NCBI GenBank assembly: GCA_965228855.1
Contig: CBDDIJ010000002.1
Span: 928,001-992,000 of the forward strand
DNA length: 64,000 nucleotides
From: Candidatus Obscuribacterales bacterium
GTDB taxonomy: Bacteria; Cyanobacteriota; Vampirovibrionia; Obscuribacterales; Obscuribacteraceae
Direction: 5' to 3'
A program made the position numbers and the translations under genes. The notes under the pieces are model-generated. The model worked only from the letters and a program-made list of their open reading frames with translations, was not told the DNA's origin and did not search any database. Positions 9,787 to 19,279 of the stretch are shown here, one piece after another (position 1 is the first letter of the stretch; each line of letters opens with the position of its first letter).

Positions 9787-11184
9787 TTAGCGGCGACCGA
9801 AGCGCTCTCTGATCTGACGGTACGTGTCCGGACCGAGGTAGATGCAGAGCCCCCAGGCGATGCCCGAGAGGAAGAACACGACGAAGAGGATGCCGACCTG
9901 CTGACCGGTGGTGGGCTGGAGTTCCTTGAGCAGGTACTCGTAGCCGACTCCGTTGCCCGACTTGTCGGTCATGTGGACCCGCTGGAACTTGTTTTTGCCC
10001 CAGATGATCTTCTCGAGGGCGCCCTGGGTGTTGTGCACCTGGACGCCATCGCCTTGCAGCGTGGCGTACGCGTTGCCCAGAAGGGCTTCCGCGTCGACCG
10101 GCGTGCCTTGCAGCGAGTTGCGGATTTCGAGCATCAGGTGCTCGTTACCCATGGGCATACCGGTTGTGGCTGCTGCCCATGCGACTTTGCCGTCCCTGGC
10201 GCCGAGAACGACGAGAATGCCGTTCTTCGACAGCGCGTCCTTGCCGAACTCCGCCGACTGCCAGTAGGCTGCCAGCGCGCCGATGTAGTTGTCGCGATCG
10301 AGAACCTTGTCGGCAGGCACAATGACGAGGTGCAGGTCGCCTTGCAGCGTCTGACCGAGGGCCGAGTTGAAGCGGCGGCCGGCGTTGCGCCAGTCGCCCG
10401 TGCCGCTCACGCCGCCGACGAAGTAGACGCGGTCAGCGTCGTAGTAGCCGGTGACCTGGCTGTTGATCTTCGGGAGAAGTCCGGCGGTCTTGTATTTGTC
10501 GATCGAGTCGTTGAAGCGTTGAAGAATCGTCGACTGCGACGCGAGGATGTAGTTGTCGTAAGTCATCCGCAAGGTGACCGGACCGGGATTGTTGTGATCC
10601 AGGCGGTCCTTCACGGTGAGGTAATACGGGTGGTAGCCCGTGGTCGACTCGTACTTCCACTCAGGCACGCTGACCAGCCAGCGGAATCGGTACTTGTTGG
10701 GGTTTTCGGGAAGATAGCCCGTCGCGATCGTGACATCGCCGATGGTGGTGTGGACGACGAAGTCCCACTCCTCGGTGGTGTACGGAATCTTGTGGTCGAC
10801 GTTCTTCTTCTTCTGGACCCGACGAGTCTGCTTCTGGCCCTTCGAGTCAGTGTATTCCTCGTCGTCCCAGTAGGTTTCCTCACGGGTTTCGATCCAGTAG
10901 TGCCGCATGAAGCCGTCTTCCGACGTCGACTTGCGCAGCACCTGAGCCTGAACTTCCCAGCCGTTCCAGTTCTCGTTGAAGGTCACCTGGTTGTGAATCG
11001 CCACCTTGATGCCGATCCACGCGGTGAACGGAATGACAAGGACCAGCATGACCGCCATCGCCACACCGAACTCGGTGTTGGTGATTTTGTTCTCGGCGCT
11101 GGCGGACTTCTTGTCAAAGAAAAACTTGAGCGCGACGCCCATCAACGCAGTGATGAGCGCCCCGATCAGAATGAGTGTGAACAT
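9787..11184 (-). CDS. Membrane protein with possible TPM-like domain
   Basis: Two N-terminal TMs and one C-terminal TM. YIGALAAYWQ...KNGILVVLG resembles the TPM (DUF477) W..G...NGVLLLV signature. Confidence 0.6.
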   Translation of the reverse strand: MFTLILIGALITALMGVALKFFFDKKSASAENKITNTEFGVAMAVMLVLVIPFTAWIGIKVAIHNQVTFNENWNGWEVQAQVLRKSTSEDGFMRHYWIETREETYWDDEEYTDSKGQKQTRRVQKKKNVDHKIPYTTEEWDFVVHTTIGDVTIATGYLPENPNKYRFRWLVSVPEWKYESTTGYHPYYLTVKDRLDHNNPGPVTLRMTYDNYILASQSTILQRFNDSIDKYKTAGLLPKINSQVTGYYDADRVYFVGGVSGTGDWRNAGRRFNSALGQTLQGDLHLVIVPADKVLDRDNYIGALAAYWQSAEFGKDALSKNGILVVLGARDGKVAWAAATTGMPMGNEHLMLEIRNSLQGTPVDAEALLGNAYATLQGDGVQVHNTQGALEKIIWGKNKFQRVHMTDKSGNGVGYEYLLKELQPTTGQQVGILFVVFFLSGIAWGLCIYLGPDTYRQIRERFGRR

Positions 11185-11305
11185 AGAAGCTCCTTCTGTT
11201 AGGCGTAAACAGCAGCAGGAACACGCGCAGTTCAGAAGAGAACTGCGCGCGTCTTGCTGCCGAGCACTCGTGCGACGAGCGCGCCTTAGCGGTTGATGAT
11301 TGAGC

Positions 11306-11908
11306 CTACAGAGCGCTTGCGCGCGTCAGGTCCAGACCGTTGTACTTGCACATGCATGCGTCGACGGAGGCGGAGAGCCAGAGCTGGCAGGCTTCCGCCG
11401 TCGTTTCGACAGCGCGCCGGTACAGGTCGCGCAGGTCAGTCGCGATGGGCGACAGAACGAACTTGAACCGTTCCGCACCACCGGGATCCGGACCCACAGC
11501 CACGCGGACCCTGGTGAACGTCATGACGCCACCGAGTTCCGCGATGGTCGATTCGATGCCGTGATGACCGCCCGCACCGCCCTTCGCTGCGAAGCGCAGC
11601 TTGCCGAGCGGCAGCGAGACATCATCGTAAACGATCGCGATGTTGCTCGGGTTGACGCCGAGCTTGTCGACGAGCGCCTTGACGGTGGCACCGCTGTCGT
11701 TCATGCCGGTCTGCGGCTTGACGATGAGCGTGTGCGCATCCGGTCTTGCGACAAGGGCGTTGACCTCGGCGTCGAAGCTGAACTGGCAGTTCAGCCTGGC
11801 GGCGAGCGCGTCCATGACGTCGAAACCGGCATTGTGTCGGGTCCATTCGAATTCGGGACCCGGGTTGCCCAGACCGACGAAGGCCTTGAGCTGTTGTGGT
11901 GTTTCCAT
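11306..11908 (-). CDS. pth: Peptidyl-tRNA hydrolase
   Basis: VGLGNPG, TRHNAGF, KPQTGMNDSG, YDD, GGAGGHHG. Confidence 0.92.
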   Translation of the reverse strand: METPQQLKAFVGLGNPGPEFEWTRHNAGFDVMDALAARLNCQFSFDAEVNALVARPDAHTLIVKPQTGMNDSGATVKALVDKLGVNPSNIAIVYDDVSLPLGKLRFAAKGGAGGHHGIESTIAELGGVMTFTRVRVAVGPDPGGAERFKFVLSPIATDLRDLYRRAVETTAEACQLWLSASVDACMCKYNGLDLTRASAL

Positions 11909-12050
11909 AGCAGGAACCTCCTCTGAAATTATGGGTTTCGGAATCAGAAGATGCGTGCGCAGACACGTGCGCGGGCAGTTTTTACACCACCTGCGCACGT
12001 GTGCGTGATTGCCTGGCTGCCTGCCTGAGCCCGTTGAGGCTCGAAGCGAA

Positions 12051-13037
12051 TCAGCCCTTGAGCGCGTCCGCCAACGAGACAGGCGCCCGGTCCGGAGCGT
12101 TCGGAGGCAGCACGCGGAAAGCCTCGAACTTGCCCTCGACGACGTCGTCGACGGCGACCAGGATGTCGCCGTTGATCAGGCGGGTGCCCTTCTGGAAGGC
12201 GGTGCCGACGACCTTGGCGGGCAGGAAGTTCTTGAGCGTAGCCGGGATGTAGTCGCCGTAGCGGACCGGCTGACCGGTGGAGGCGCGGTAGGAGCCGACG
12301 AAAACGGCGTGGTCGAGCTCGACCGTCGCGTCAAGGTCAGGCACCGTACCGTCGTGACCATCCAGTGTGTAGATCAGGAACTGATCCGGGTACTTCGGCT
12401 CGTAGGCGTAGGCGATCGGCTTGGCTTCGCCGGCGTCCTCGTTGTTGAAGCAGGCGACGGCGAAGGGGCAGTCGTACCACTTCTCGAGCGCGGCGAAGGT
12501 TTCCTTCGCGAGCGGAGGACGCTTGCGCGACTCGATCGCCTTGACCGCGTCCGGGATGAGCGAGGCGCGGCTGGCGAGGACCAGCGTGTAGATGTCGAAC
12601 GACTCGATCACGACGGAATCGGCGCCGAAGCTGATGCCCTTTGCTCCACCGCGTCGCAGACCGCCGCGCGAGGCGGGCGGCTGGACGGCGCGACGGATGT
12701 CCTTGAGCAGGTTGGGCGTGTTGGCGGTTTCGCGCAGCAGGCGAATCGAATCGAAGTTGTCCGTCATGATCGGGATGACCAGCGCGTTGCCCTTGGCGGC
12801 ATCCGAGCCGGGCGTGCGACCGGTGTTCCAGTTGCTCGGGGTCTTCGGAGCGCTGCGGCGACCGCGCGTGGTCGGAGCGGTCATGGACATCATCGGAGCG
12901 CCCCCGGAGCGTCCGCGACGCAGGTTGGAGGCACCGCTGACGGTGTTCTGGTAGAAGATGACGTGGGTGTTATCGTCGGCTTCGTACAGACCGGTGACGG
13001 TGTTGCCGAAGGTGACCGGTGCGATGGAGATGCACAT
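12051..13037 (-). CDS. Hypothetical protein
   Basis: 328-aa ORF with strong codon bias and Arg/Gly-rich inserts; no family recognised. Confidence 0.7.
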   Translation of the reverse strand: MCISIAPVTFGNTVTGLYEADDNTHVIFYQNTVSGASNLRRGRSGGAPMMSMTAPTTRGRRSAPKTPSNWNTGRTPGSDAAKGNALVIPIMTDNFDSIRLLRETANTPNLLKDIRRAVQPPASRGGLRRGGAKGISFGADSVVIESFDIYTLVLASRASLIPDAVKAIESRKRPPLAKETFAALEKWYDCPFAVACFNNEDAGEAKPIAYAYEPKYPDQFLIYTLDGHDGTVPDLDATVELDHAVFVGSYRASTGQPVRYGDYIPATLKNFLPAKVVGTAFQKGTRLINGDILVAVDDVVEGKFEAFRVLPPNAPDRAPVSLADALKG

Positions 13038-13607
13038 GGTATGTTGGCTCGCTTTCGTTGTCAGTGTTTGCTTCGCGTTACGATGGTGTTTCGCGAAGCG
13101 GATTGGTTTCGCCTGAGGAAAGGCGGGAATGCCGAAAATAGATATCCGGCACGACAGCGACGACTGGACGCCGGAGCACCCAGTAAAGCGGAAAGTTTCC
13201 TGTTCTTGAAACAGACTCGATAAACTCGTTTCGCGCTCCGCGGTCGTCGCTCGAACTCACCGAGTGGGTGAATCGAGAGGCGAAGTTGTCGGTAACAGTG
13301 CTGCGGTGCGAGTGGGTGAGATTTTGTCGAGCTGAGAAGGAGGAAACTGTGTGCTTATACCTTGACGCAACTTCTAGAACTCAGTCTAGAGTTATTACCG
13401 ATTCTCAACTTCCAGGAAAGATATAAATCAGTTATCTCGGCTGAGGTTAAGAATCTCCGCGTGGTTATCAAGGGGTAGCGGGCGCTCCAGTAATGGCTTG
13501 GCTGGCTTGGGGTGGCGGTCGCGGCTCTGATGATATGGATTCATATGACAACCTAGTGCTAACTGAGTCAACGGGCAGAAAATCACTCTGTTAAACAGTT
13601 CTCAAGC

Positions 13608-13663
13608 GTGAGCTTGCGCAACTACTCAACCGCGAGTGTGAGCTCGCGCGACCACTCAAACCG
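13608..13663. repeat. Imperfect 30-bp tandem repeat, 2 copies
   Basis: GTGAGCTTGCGCAACTACTCAAC / GTGAGCTCGCGCGACCACTCAAA. Confidence 0.6.
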
Positions 13664-13986
13664 GCAGGTTAGCAGGTGTTTTCGAAGCCAGTGCCGTTAA
13701 TAACTGTTTGGTTCGGATAGACGGTTTAAGTTTCGTGCGCAAAGTAAACATGCGCGCACATCGTTTGTTTTCGGTTACTCCTATTTGCGAGGCTCTGGGA
13801 AGCATTTCCTCTCTCATTCCGAACAAAAACAGACTTTCGAACGCTTAAACACTCCCTTCGGCTTTCTCCTGCGTTGATCGACGCTTGGGGAGGTTCGCGC
13901 ATTCGAGAGTGTACGCAGTTCGCAAGAGAGTGGATTTGCCGTCTCAACCAGGTTCGCGGAACCAAAACAGCAAGGATCGATCAATA

Positions 13987-14448
13987 ATGACCCAACTGCT
14001 CAAACTGCTCCTCATGCTCGGCTGTCTGTTCGGCGGCGCCGTCCTGATCATGCACAACGCCCTGCCGCTCGGACTCGTGCTCGGCGCCGCCGGTCTCGGG
14101 CTGTTCGTGCATCAGCTGCTCGCGCAGAACAAGCAAGGCAAGGTCGACAGCGGCGTCATCTCCGACAAGTACAACGCCTTCGTGAAGGCGCTCAACGAGA
14201 CGCACACGCTGGCGATTCGCAAGCTCGGCACCGCCACCGACGCCGAACTGGCTCCCATCCTCGAGAAGCTGGTCGCGGCCGGCTCGCACATGGGTTCGAA
14301 TCCGGCCTGGCGCAACACGCAGCGCATCACAACCGCCGGCGACGTCATGCGCTGGTATGACGACGGCAAGGCTCTGGCGGACGAGGCTCGCGCCATGATC
14401 GACAAGTTCGAGCCCCGCAAGGGCGGTATCGAAGGCACCCTGCTGTAA
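13987..14448 (+). CDS. Hypothetical membrane protein (2 N-terminal TM)
   Basis: MTQLLKLLL... behind AAGGA; strong codon bias. Confidence 0.7.
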   Translation: MTQLLKLLLMLGCLFGGAVLIMHNALPLGLVLGAAGLGLFVHQLLAQNKQGKVDSGVISDKYNAFVKALNETHTLAIRKLGTATDAELAPILEKLVAAGSHMGSNPAWRNTQRITTAGDVMRWYDDGKALADEARAMIDKFEPRKGGIEGTLL

Positions 14449-14482
14449 GTCGGTTGACGATTCAGCCATAGTGCTTTGAACT

Positions 14483-14522
14483 GAGGCAGGAACGATCGCC
14501 CGAACGGCGCTCTTCCTGCCTC
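14483..14522 (+). terminator. Hairpin after gene
   Basis: GAGGCAGGAA/TTCCTGCCTC stem; no clear T-run. Confidence 0.4.
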
Positions 14523-14538
14523 CTGGTCCTCAGGTTGT

Positions 14539-14765
14539 CTACTATAGAAGACGGTAAAAGTTTTAGGCGTCAGTTTTCGTTTCCGGCGATTGGCGCGGAT
14601 TGTTTGCCTCCTCTGTCTATCTGGGAACGACGGATTTGCGGAAAACTGTCTATCGGTCGTTGCCAAACGAGGTCTTGGCAGCTCGTTGTTCCTGTTGTTG
14701 AACTGGGGAAAGGCTGTTGCAGCCCTCGTTTCGTGGGTTGTCGAAGATATGAGGCTATATAGTAG
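14539..14765. repeat. Dispersed intergenic repeat copy
   Basis: CTACTATA (14539-14546) and TATAGTAG (14758-14765), with internal GACGGATTTGCGGAAAACTGTC. Confidence 0.65.
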
Positions 14766-14858
14766 GAGGGTTCCAGGGTTTTAAAAAGGCGCATCCAGAG
14801 GGAAGCCATGCAGCTCCCCTCTGGACTCGTTTGCCGGAAAAGTAAATTGGCGCCTACA

Positions 14859-15248
14859 TCAGGTCAGGCGTTGCAGATTCTCGAACGGCTTGAGGACGCG
14901 TTGCGCGACGCTGATGCCGATGCCGGACATCAAACCGAACGCGCTGATCAGTCCCAGGCCGAAGAGTGAGAAGCCGGCATTCCAGCCAGCGTAGACATTG
15001 ACCAGGTACATCACCGCGCCGAAGATTGCGCCCGCGATGAGGTAGAACAGCACGCTGGTCTTGCCGGTGAGAGCCGAGGCGACGCCGACGACGAACGAGC
15101 CCACGGCGCCGAAGATCGCGCCGATGACGATGGCGGAGAGGAAGCTGTAGCCGATGAGCTGTGCGCCGGCGACGAAATTGGTGACGGTGGCGAAGGCGGC
15201 CGACAGCAGCGCTCCGACGATGATTCCGAGGCAGATGGTCAAACGCAT
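14859..15248 (-). CDS. Small Gly-rich multi-TM membrane protein
   Basis: 129 aa with about 4 hydrophobic helices and GxxxG motifs. Confidence 0.75.
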   Translation of the reverse strand: MRLTICLGIIVGALLSAAFATVTNFVAGAQLIGYSFLSAIVIGAIFGAVGSFVVGVASALTGKTSVLFYLIAGAIFGAVMYLVNVYAGWNAGFSLFGLGLISAFGLMSGIGISVAQRVLKPFENLQRLT

Positions 15249-15664
15249 CTTGATTCCCTTTGTGTGCGTTTCGATTTTTCTCGCTTCAAGTCGACGCAGA
15301 CGGCTGACGCAATCAGGTTTCTGAGCTGCGCGAGCGTTTGCGGTTTGAAACCGGCCGACAACACGTGACCAAAAATTCTTGGAGATGGTGAAGTCGAATT
15401 TTGTTTTTGGACCGGCGACTGGAAGGAGAAGGTGAACAACCAGTTATTACCAACTTCAAGGCTCATAACCTAATTACTTATGTAATCTGGTTTTGTTCCA
15501 AGAACGAAACAGTTGCGTTGCGCCTGAGTAGGCAACAGTTTCTAGCATTCAGCGATTCCCCAATTAGAGCGATTTTAATTCGTGAAGCTATCGCCGGCTC
15601 GACTGCAATGTGAAGCAAATGCGTTAAACTCTGTCATCAGTTTGAAAGTCCGATTCGAATTAAA

Positions 15665-16342
15665 ATGTCCCACGTCCTCGATAATGCTGTTTGGAATGCT
15701 CTGAATACGAGGCAGTCAGAGCTCGCTGTCGGTGGAAAACTTGCGCGCAAGTACAGACCGGAATTTACGATTTTAGCCGGTGTTGCGATTGAGACGCCCG
15801 AAGCGTTTGATGAACTGAAACAGATTACAGCGGCTGGAGAATTCGTCGGGCTGCGCTCTTTAGCTGACCTTGCCAATGTCGAGGGTTGGACTTGTCGCGC
15901 GCAGTTTCCCATTCTGCAAATGGTTTGCGAGGAGTTGAAACCTTGCCGTCCCGTTGAGTTTGAAACGCTCACCCCATCGGATGTCCCGGCAATGCGTGCA
16001 TTGGCGAAGCTAACCCAACCTGGTCCGTTCTCAACTCGAACGAATGAGTTCGGCACATTCATTGGTATCAAGGACGGTGGCAAGCTGGTCGCGATGGCGG
16101 GTGAACGCATGAAAGTTCGCGGATTCGACGAGATCAGTGCCGTTTGCACTCATCCGGATTATCAGGGACGGGGATACGCTCGAGCACTGGTTTTCGAAGT
16201 GGCGCGTTTGATTCAGGAGCGGGGCAATGTGCCGTTTCTCCATGTTAAAAGGGAGAACGATGCCGGTATAAAAAGCTACGAATCAATTGGTTTTAAAACC
16301 CGTGAGGAGCTTGGTTTCTTCGTCCTGTCGCCCGATAAATAA
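15665..16342 (+). CDS. GNAT family N-acetyltransferase (FR47-like)
   Basis: LDNAVW, PGPF, AMAGER, EISAVCTHPDYQGRGYA, PFLHV..N....YE.IGF. Confidence 0.9.
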   Translation: MSHVLDNAVWNALNTRQSELAVGGKLARKYRPEFTILAGVAIETPEAFDELKQITAAGEFVGLRSLADLANVEGWTCRAQFPILQMVCEELKPCRPVEFETLTPSDVPAMRALAKLTQPGPFSTRTNEFGTFIGIKDGGKLVAMAGERMKVRGFDEISAVCTHPDYQGRGYARALVFEVARLIQERGNVPFLHVKRENDAGIKSYESIGFKTREELGFFVLSPDK

Positions 16343-16382
16343 CCGGTGTGTTGTTTTCGAGTGTCCGGGGTATAACGAATCC

Positions 16383-16451
16383 GATTACGGTTAATGACTA
16401 GCGAGTCGCTAGTCGAAATCCCTAGATTTCTCTTCCTACTCCCGCGTAATC
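16383..16451 (+). ncRNA. Candidate compact retron-like ncRNA (msr/msd) or operator
   Basis: GATTACG (16383-16389) pairs with CGTAATC (16445-16451), enclosing the palindrome GACTAGCGA-G-TCGCTAGTC and the hairpin GAAATC/GATTTC, directly upstream of the RT. Confidence 0.35.
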
Positions 16452-16458
16452 CAGGCAG

Positions 16459-17628
16459 ATGCCCGAATCGCAAACTCAATTGCAGCTAAACGACATCTGT
16501 TCCGAGCTGGGGCTTTCGCCCCAGTTCTTGTTTGAACTTGCGGCTCGTGGCGATGAGCTGTACGAAACGTTCGAGCTTCCCAAGCGAGGCGGTGGCAAGC
16601 GTCGCATCGCGGTCCCGAAAGATGTTTTGAAAAACGTTCAGCGGACGCTGCTGCATGGGTTACTTTGCAGGTATGCGATGCCGAAACATGTGCATGGTTG
16701 CGTGAAGGGGCGTTCGGCGGTTTCAAACGCTGAAGGGCACGTGAAGAAGCCGTTTGTTATAAACATCGATCTGTCTGATTTTTTTGGATCGATCAAGGCG
16801 GAAACTGTTCAAAAGATTTTTGAGACTGCGTTCAAATGCGACTTTGAAACCGCTGCGATTCTTTCTAAACTCTGCACCTTTGGCGGCGTGCTTCCACAGG
16901 GGGCTCCCACGAGTCCTACTCTTGCGAATTTGTGTGCGCTGGACCTCGACAAAGAGTTGATTGCGGTTTGCGAAAAGTCCTTTGAAAACTACGCGCACCA
17001 CTACACTCGCTACGTGGACGATATCACCATATCTGGTGGCCCGGAGTTGGCGTTTTACCTGGCTGATTTCTATCGAGCCATTGAGCGATGCGGTTTTCGC
17101 GCTAATCCAAATAAGTTGAAGATGGCACGACCGAACTCGAGGCAGAAGGTAACCGGTTTGGTCGTGAATCAGAAACTGAATCCGCCCAAGAAGCTTGTCC
17201 GTCGCGTCCGGCAGCAGCTGTACTTCGCGACGAAGTTTGGTTTGATCAGTCACTGTGATAAACGTGATACCACTCCCGAATTGTTCTGGCAGCAGATTAG
17301 AGGTTTGATCGGCTACATCCGCATGACGAGACCTGATCTGGCGGATCAGTTCAATCTTCAGTTATCGCAAATATACGCTGATGCTCGGGTTGCTACACCG
17401 AATGATGAGGATTTGAAACTGCACACGCTGCGGGAGATGATTGTCGAAGAGCAGATCGCCACGTTTTATTACAAGGAACGATACTGCAAAGTCGCACCGG
17501 TCGAGATAACGCTCGATTCCGATGGGACCAAGATTCTGCGAGCGTTTCAGATGTTTCCCAATCAGCGCTGGCGCAAATTCAAAATTGCCGAAATGAAATT
17601 CCTTGCCAACGACGAGGACACGACCTAG
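16459..17628 (+). CDS. Retron-type reverse transcriptase with C-terminal WYL-like domain
   Basis: PKRGGGKRRI, NAEGH (retron region X, NAxxH), IDLSDFFGSI, LPQGAPTSP, YTRYVDDITISG and QKVTGLVVN (region Y, VTG), plus an extra about 65-aa C-terminal domain. Confidence 0.9.
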   Translation: MPESQTQLQLNDICSELGLSPQFLFELAARGDELYETFELPKRGGGKRRIAVPKDVLKNVQRTLLHGLLCRYAMPKHVHGCVKGRSAVSNAEGHVKKPFVINIDLSDFFGSIKAETVQKIFETAFKCDFETAAILSKLCTFGGVLPQGAPTSPTLANLCALDLDKELIAVCEKSFENYAHHYTRYVDDITISGGPELAFYLADFYRAIERCGFRANPNKLKMARPNSRQKVTGLVVNQKLNPPKKLVRRVRQQLYFATKFGLISHCDKRDTTPELFWQQIRGLIGYIRMTRPDLADQFNLQLSQIYADARVATPNDEDLKLHTLREMIVEEQIATFYYKERYCKVAPVEITLDSDGTKILRAFQMFPNQRWRKFKIAEMKFLANDEDTT

Positions 17629-17635
17629 GTTTCCC

Positions 17636-17965
17636 CCAAACTTGTCTACTATAAGACAGGGTATGTGTAAATGAACGAAACCGGCTGCCCAGGCTCGTTT
17701 CGAAGTCCGGCTGCTCCTGAATTGGAGAACTTGTCTATCCTGCTATGACGGAATGTCGAAAAATCGGCAATGCTGCATAGACACGAATCAAAGCCGAGCT
17801 CCAAACTTTTCTACTATAAGATGGCGTATGGACGAATGGTCGAAACCGGCTGACCAGGCTCGTTTCGAAGTCTGGCTGTTCCTGAATTGGTGAACTTGTC
17901 TATCCTGCTATGACGGAATGTCGAAAAATCGGCAATGCTGCATAGACACGAATCAAAGCCGAGTT
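17636..17965. repeat. 165-bp tandem repeat, 2 copies (member of the dispersed family)
   Basis: CTACTATAAG at 17646 and 17811; the units are nearly identical in their 3' two-thirds. Confidence 0.92.
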
Positions 17966-18041
17966 CAGTGACAAAACAATCACTCAACATAAATCATGGT
18001 TTTCGGGTGTTGTGCAGTGTTTATATTTTTCGAGTAACTCC

Positions 18042-19259
18042 ATGAGCAAAGCCGTATTTGATTTCACCAGAGAGTCACCTTCTCAAAAGTCAGGAGAGCC
18101 GGGCGAGCAGCGCGATCTGTTTCAACGCATGTTTGATGAGCGTGGCAGTCAGTACGATTGGTTTAAAACAGTTGATGGTGATCGCAATGGTGTTCTGTCG
18201 CAAGCGGAAATGCAGGCGGCGAGCGGGAATTACGCCTTGACCAATTCGGAGCGCGAATTTTTGGCTGCTGCTGCGGAACATTACGAGCTGGCTTCGCAGA
18301 TGGCTGGTCCATCTAAAGAGCAAGGCGTTTCCCGGGAAGACATTAATTCCATGCAGCTACTTCAACAAGCTAGAACTGATGCGCTTTTGCACACGGATGA
18401 AACCCGTGAAGTCGTCCTTCGGAACTTTGAAAGGCTTGACTCGAATAACAATGGCGAGATCAGCCGTAAGGAGATAAAGAGTGCGCTCAGTCAGCTTCCA
18501 AAAGAGGCGGAGTATAGTCAGGGCGCTAAAGACGCACTGCGGGCGGTGAAAAATTTGCAGGGCATTTTAGAAGCGCGCGATGTGATGCGTAATGCCGGCC
18601 TGCTCAACCAGCAGTCGGATGGTATTACTAAAGCAGGTGTTGAAGCGCTGCGGGTGAGCGATGTTGAGAGTTGGAAGCAGCAGTCAGTTATTGCAGAGCG
18701 GATTGAGGACGACCATAGTGGGCTGAAATGGAGAGATCTGATGTTCGCCGTGGGTGGTGGCATCGCCGGGTATTTCCTTAAGGGTGAAAAGGGAATTACG
18801 TCGGGTGGTCTTATGGGTTTTGGAATATCCAGAAAAATTGATAAGTATGAGCGTCCTTACTACGTCGCGACCGATGCCATGGATATCTACAAAGGTTACC
18901 GCGATGCTGGTATGGAATCGATGATGGCGAAATTTGACCCTGCCGGAGCGCTTCCGGAACCGGCGGCTGGTCAGGGGCCTGTTGCGAAATCGGAGTCGCC
19001 GTCGATTAAAACACCGGCAGCGAATTCGGAGCAGCCTTCGATTGAAACACCTGCTGCAGAGCCGCCTTCGATGGATAAACCGATTGTGCAGTCGGAACCG
19101 AAACAAATTCCGAATGATGCGTTCGATTTTTTCGTGCCGAAATCTACAGCGGAGAAAACATCCGCCGGTCGTCAACCTGTTGGTGACTCGGTTCTGGATA
19201 AGTCGAAGTCTCTGCAGAATCGTCGAAAGGAAACCGATTTCTTTGATTTTAAGAGCTAG
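18042..19259 (+). CDS. EF-hand-containing protein with Pro/Ser-rich repeat tail
   Basis: EF-hand loops DGDRNGVLSQAE and DSNNNGEISRKE; PSI(K/E)TPAA repeats. Confidence 0.75.
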   Translation: MSKAVFDFTRESPSQKSGEPGEQRDLFQRMFDERGSQYDWFKTVDGDRNGVLSQAEMQAASGNYALTNSEREFLAAAAEHYELASQMAGPSKEQGVSREDINSMQLLQQARTDALLHTDETREVVLRNFERLDSNNNGEISRKEIKSALSQLPKEAEYSQGAKDALRAVKNLQGILEARDVMRNAGLLNQQSDGITKAGVEALRVSDVESWKQQSVIAERIEDDHSGLKWRDLMFAVGGGIAGYFLKGEKGITSGGLMGFGISRKIDKYERPYYVATDAMDIYKGYRDAGMESMMAKFDPAGALPEPAAGQGPVAKSESPSIKTPAANSEQPSIETPAAEPPSMDKPIVQSEPKQIPNDAFDFFVPKSTAEKTSAGRQPVGDSVLDKSKSLQNRRKETDFFDFKS

Positions 19260-19279
19260 CTTTGTTTCGTGTTGCCTCG

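Noticed and set aside
1..13037. Prophage
   Set aside because: No integrase, terminase, capsid or tail genes were recognised.
14539..14765. Repeat family as integron attC sites
   Set aside because: No consistent RYYYAAC/GTTRRRY ends, no integrase, and flanking genes are often convergent.
16459..17628. Group II intron or DGR reverse transcriptase
   Set aside because: It has retron NAxxH/VTG motifs. No intron domain V or maturase domain was seen, and no TR/VR pair with adenine-specific differences.
17636..17965. Possible CRISPR array (also 25765-26292, 31406-31937 and 50063-50180)
   Set aside because: Units are 53-193 bp tandem copies without unique spacers, and there are no cas genes.
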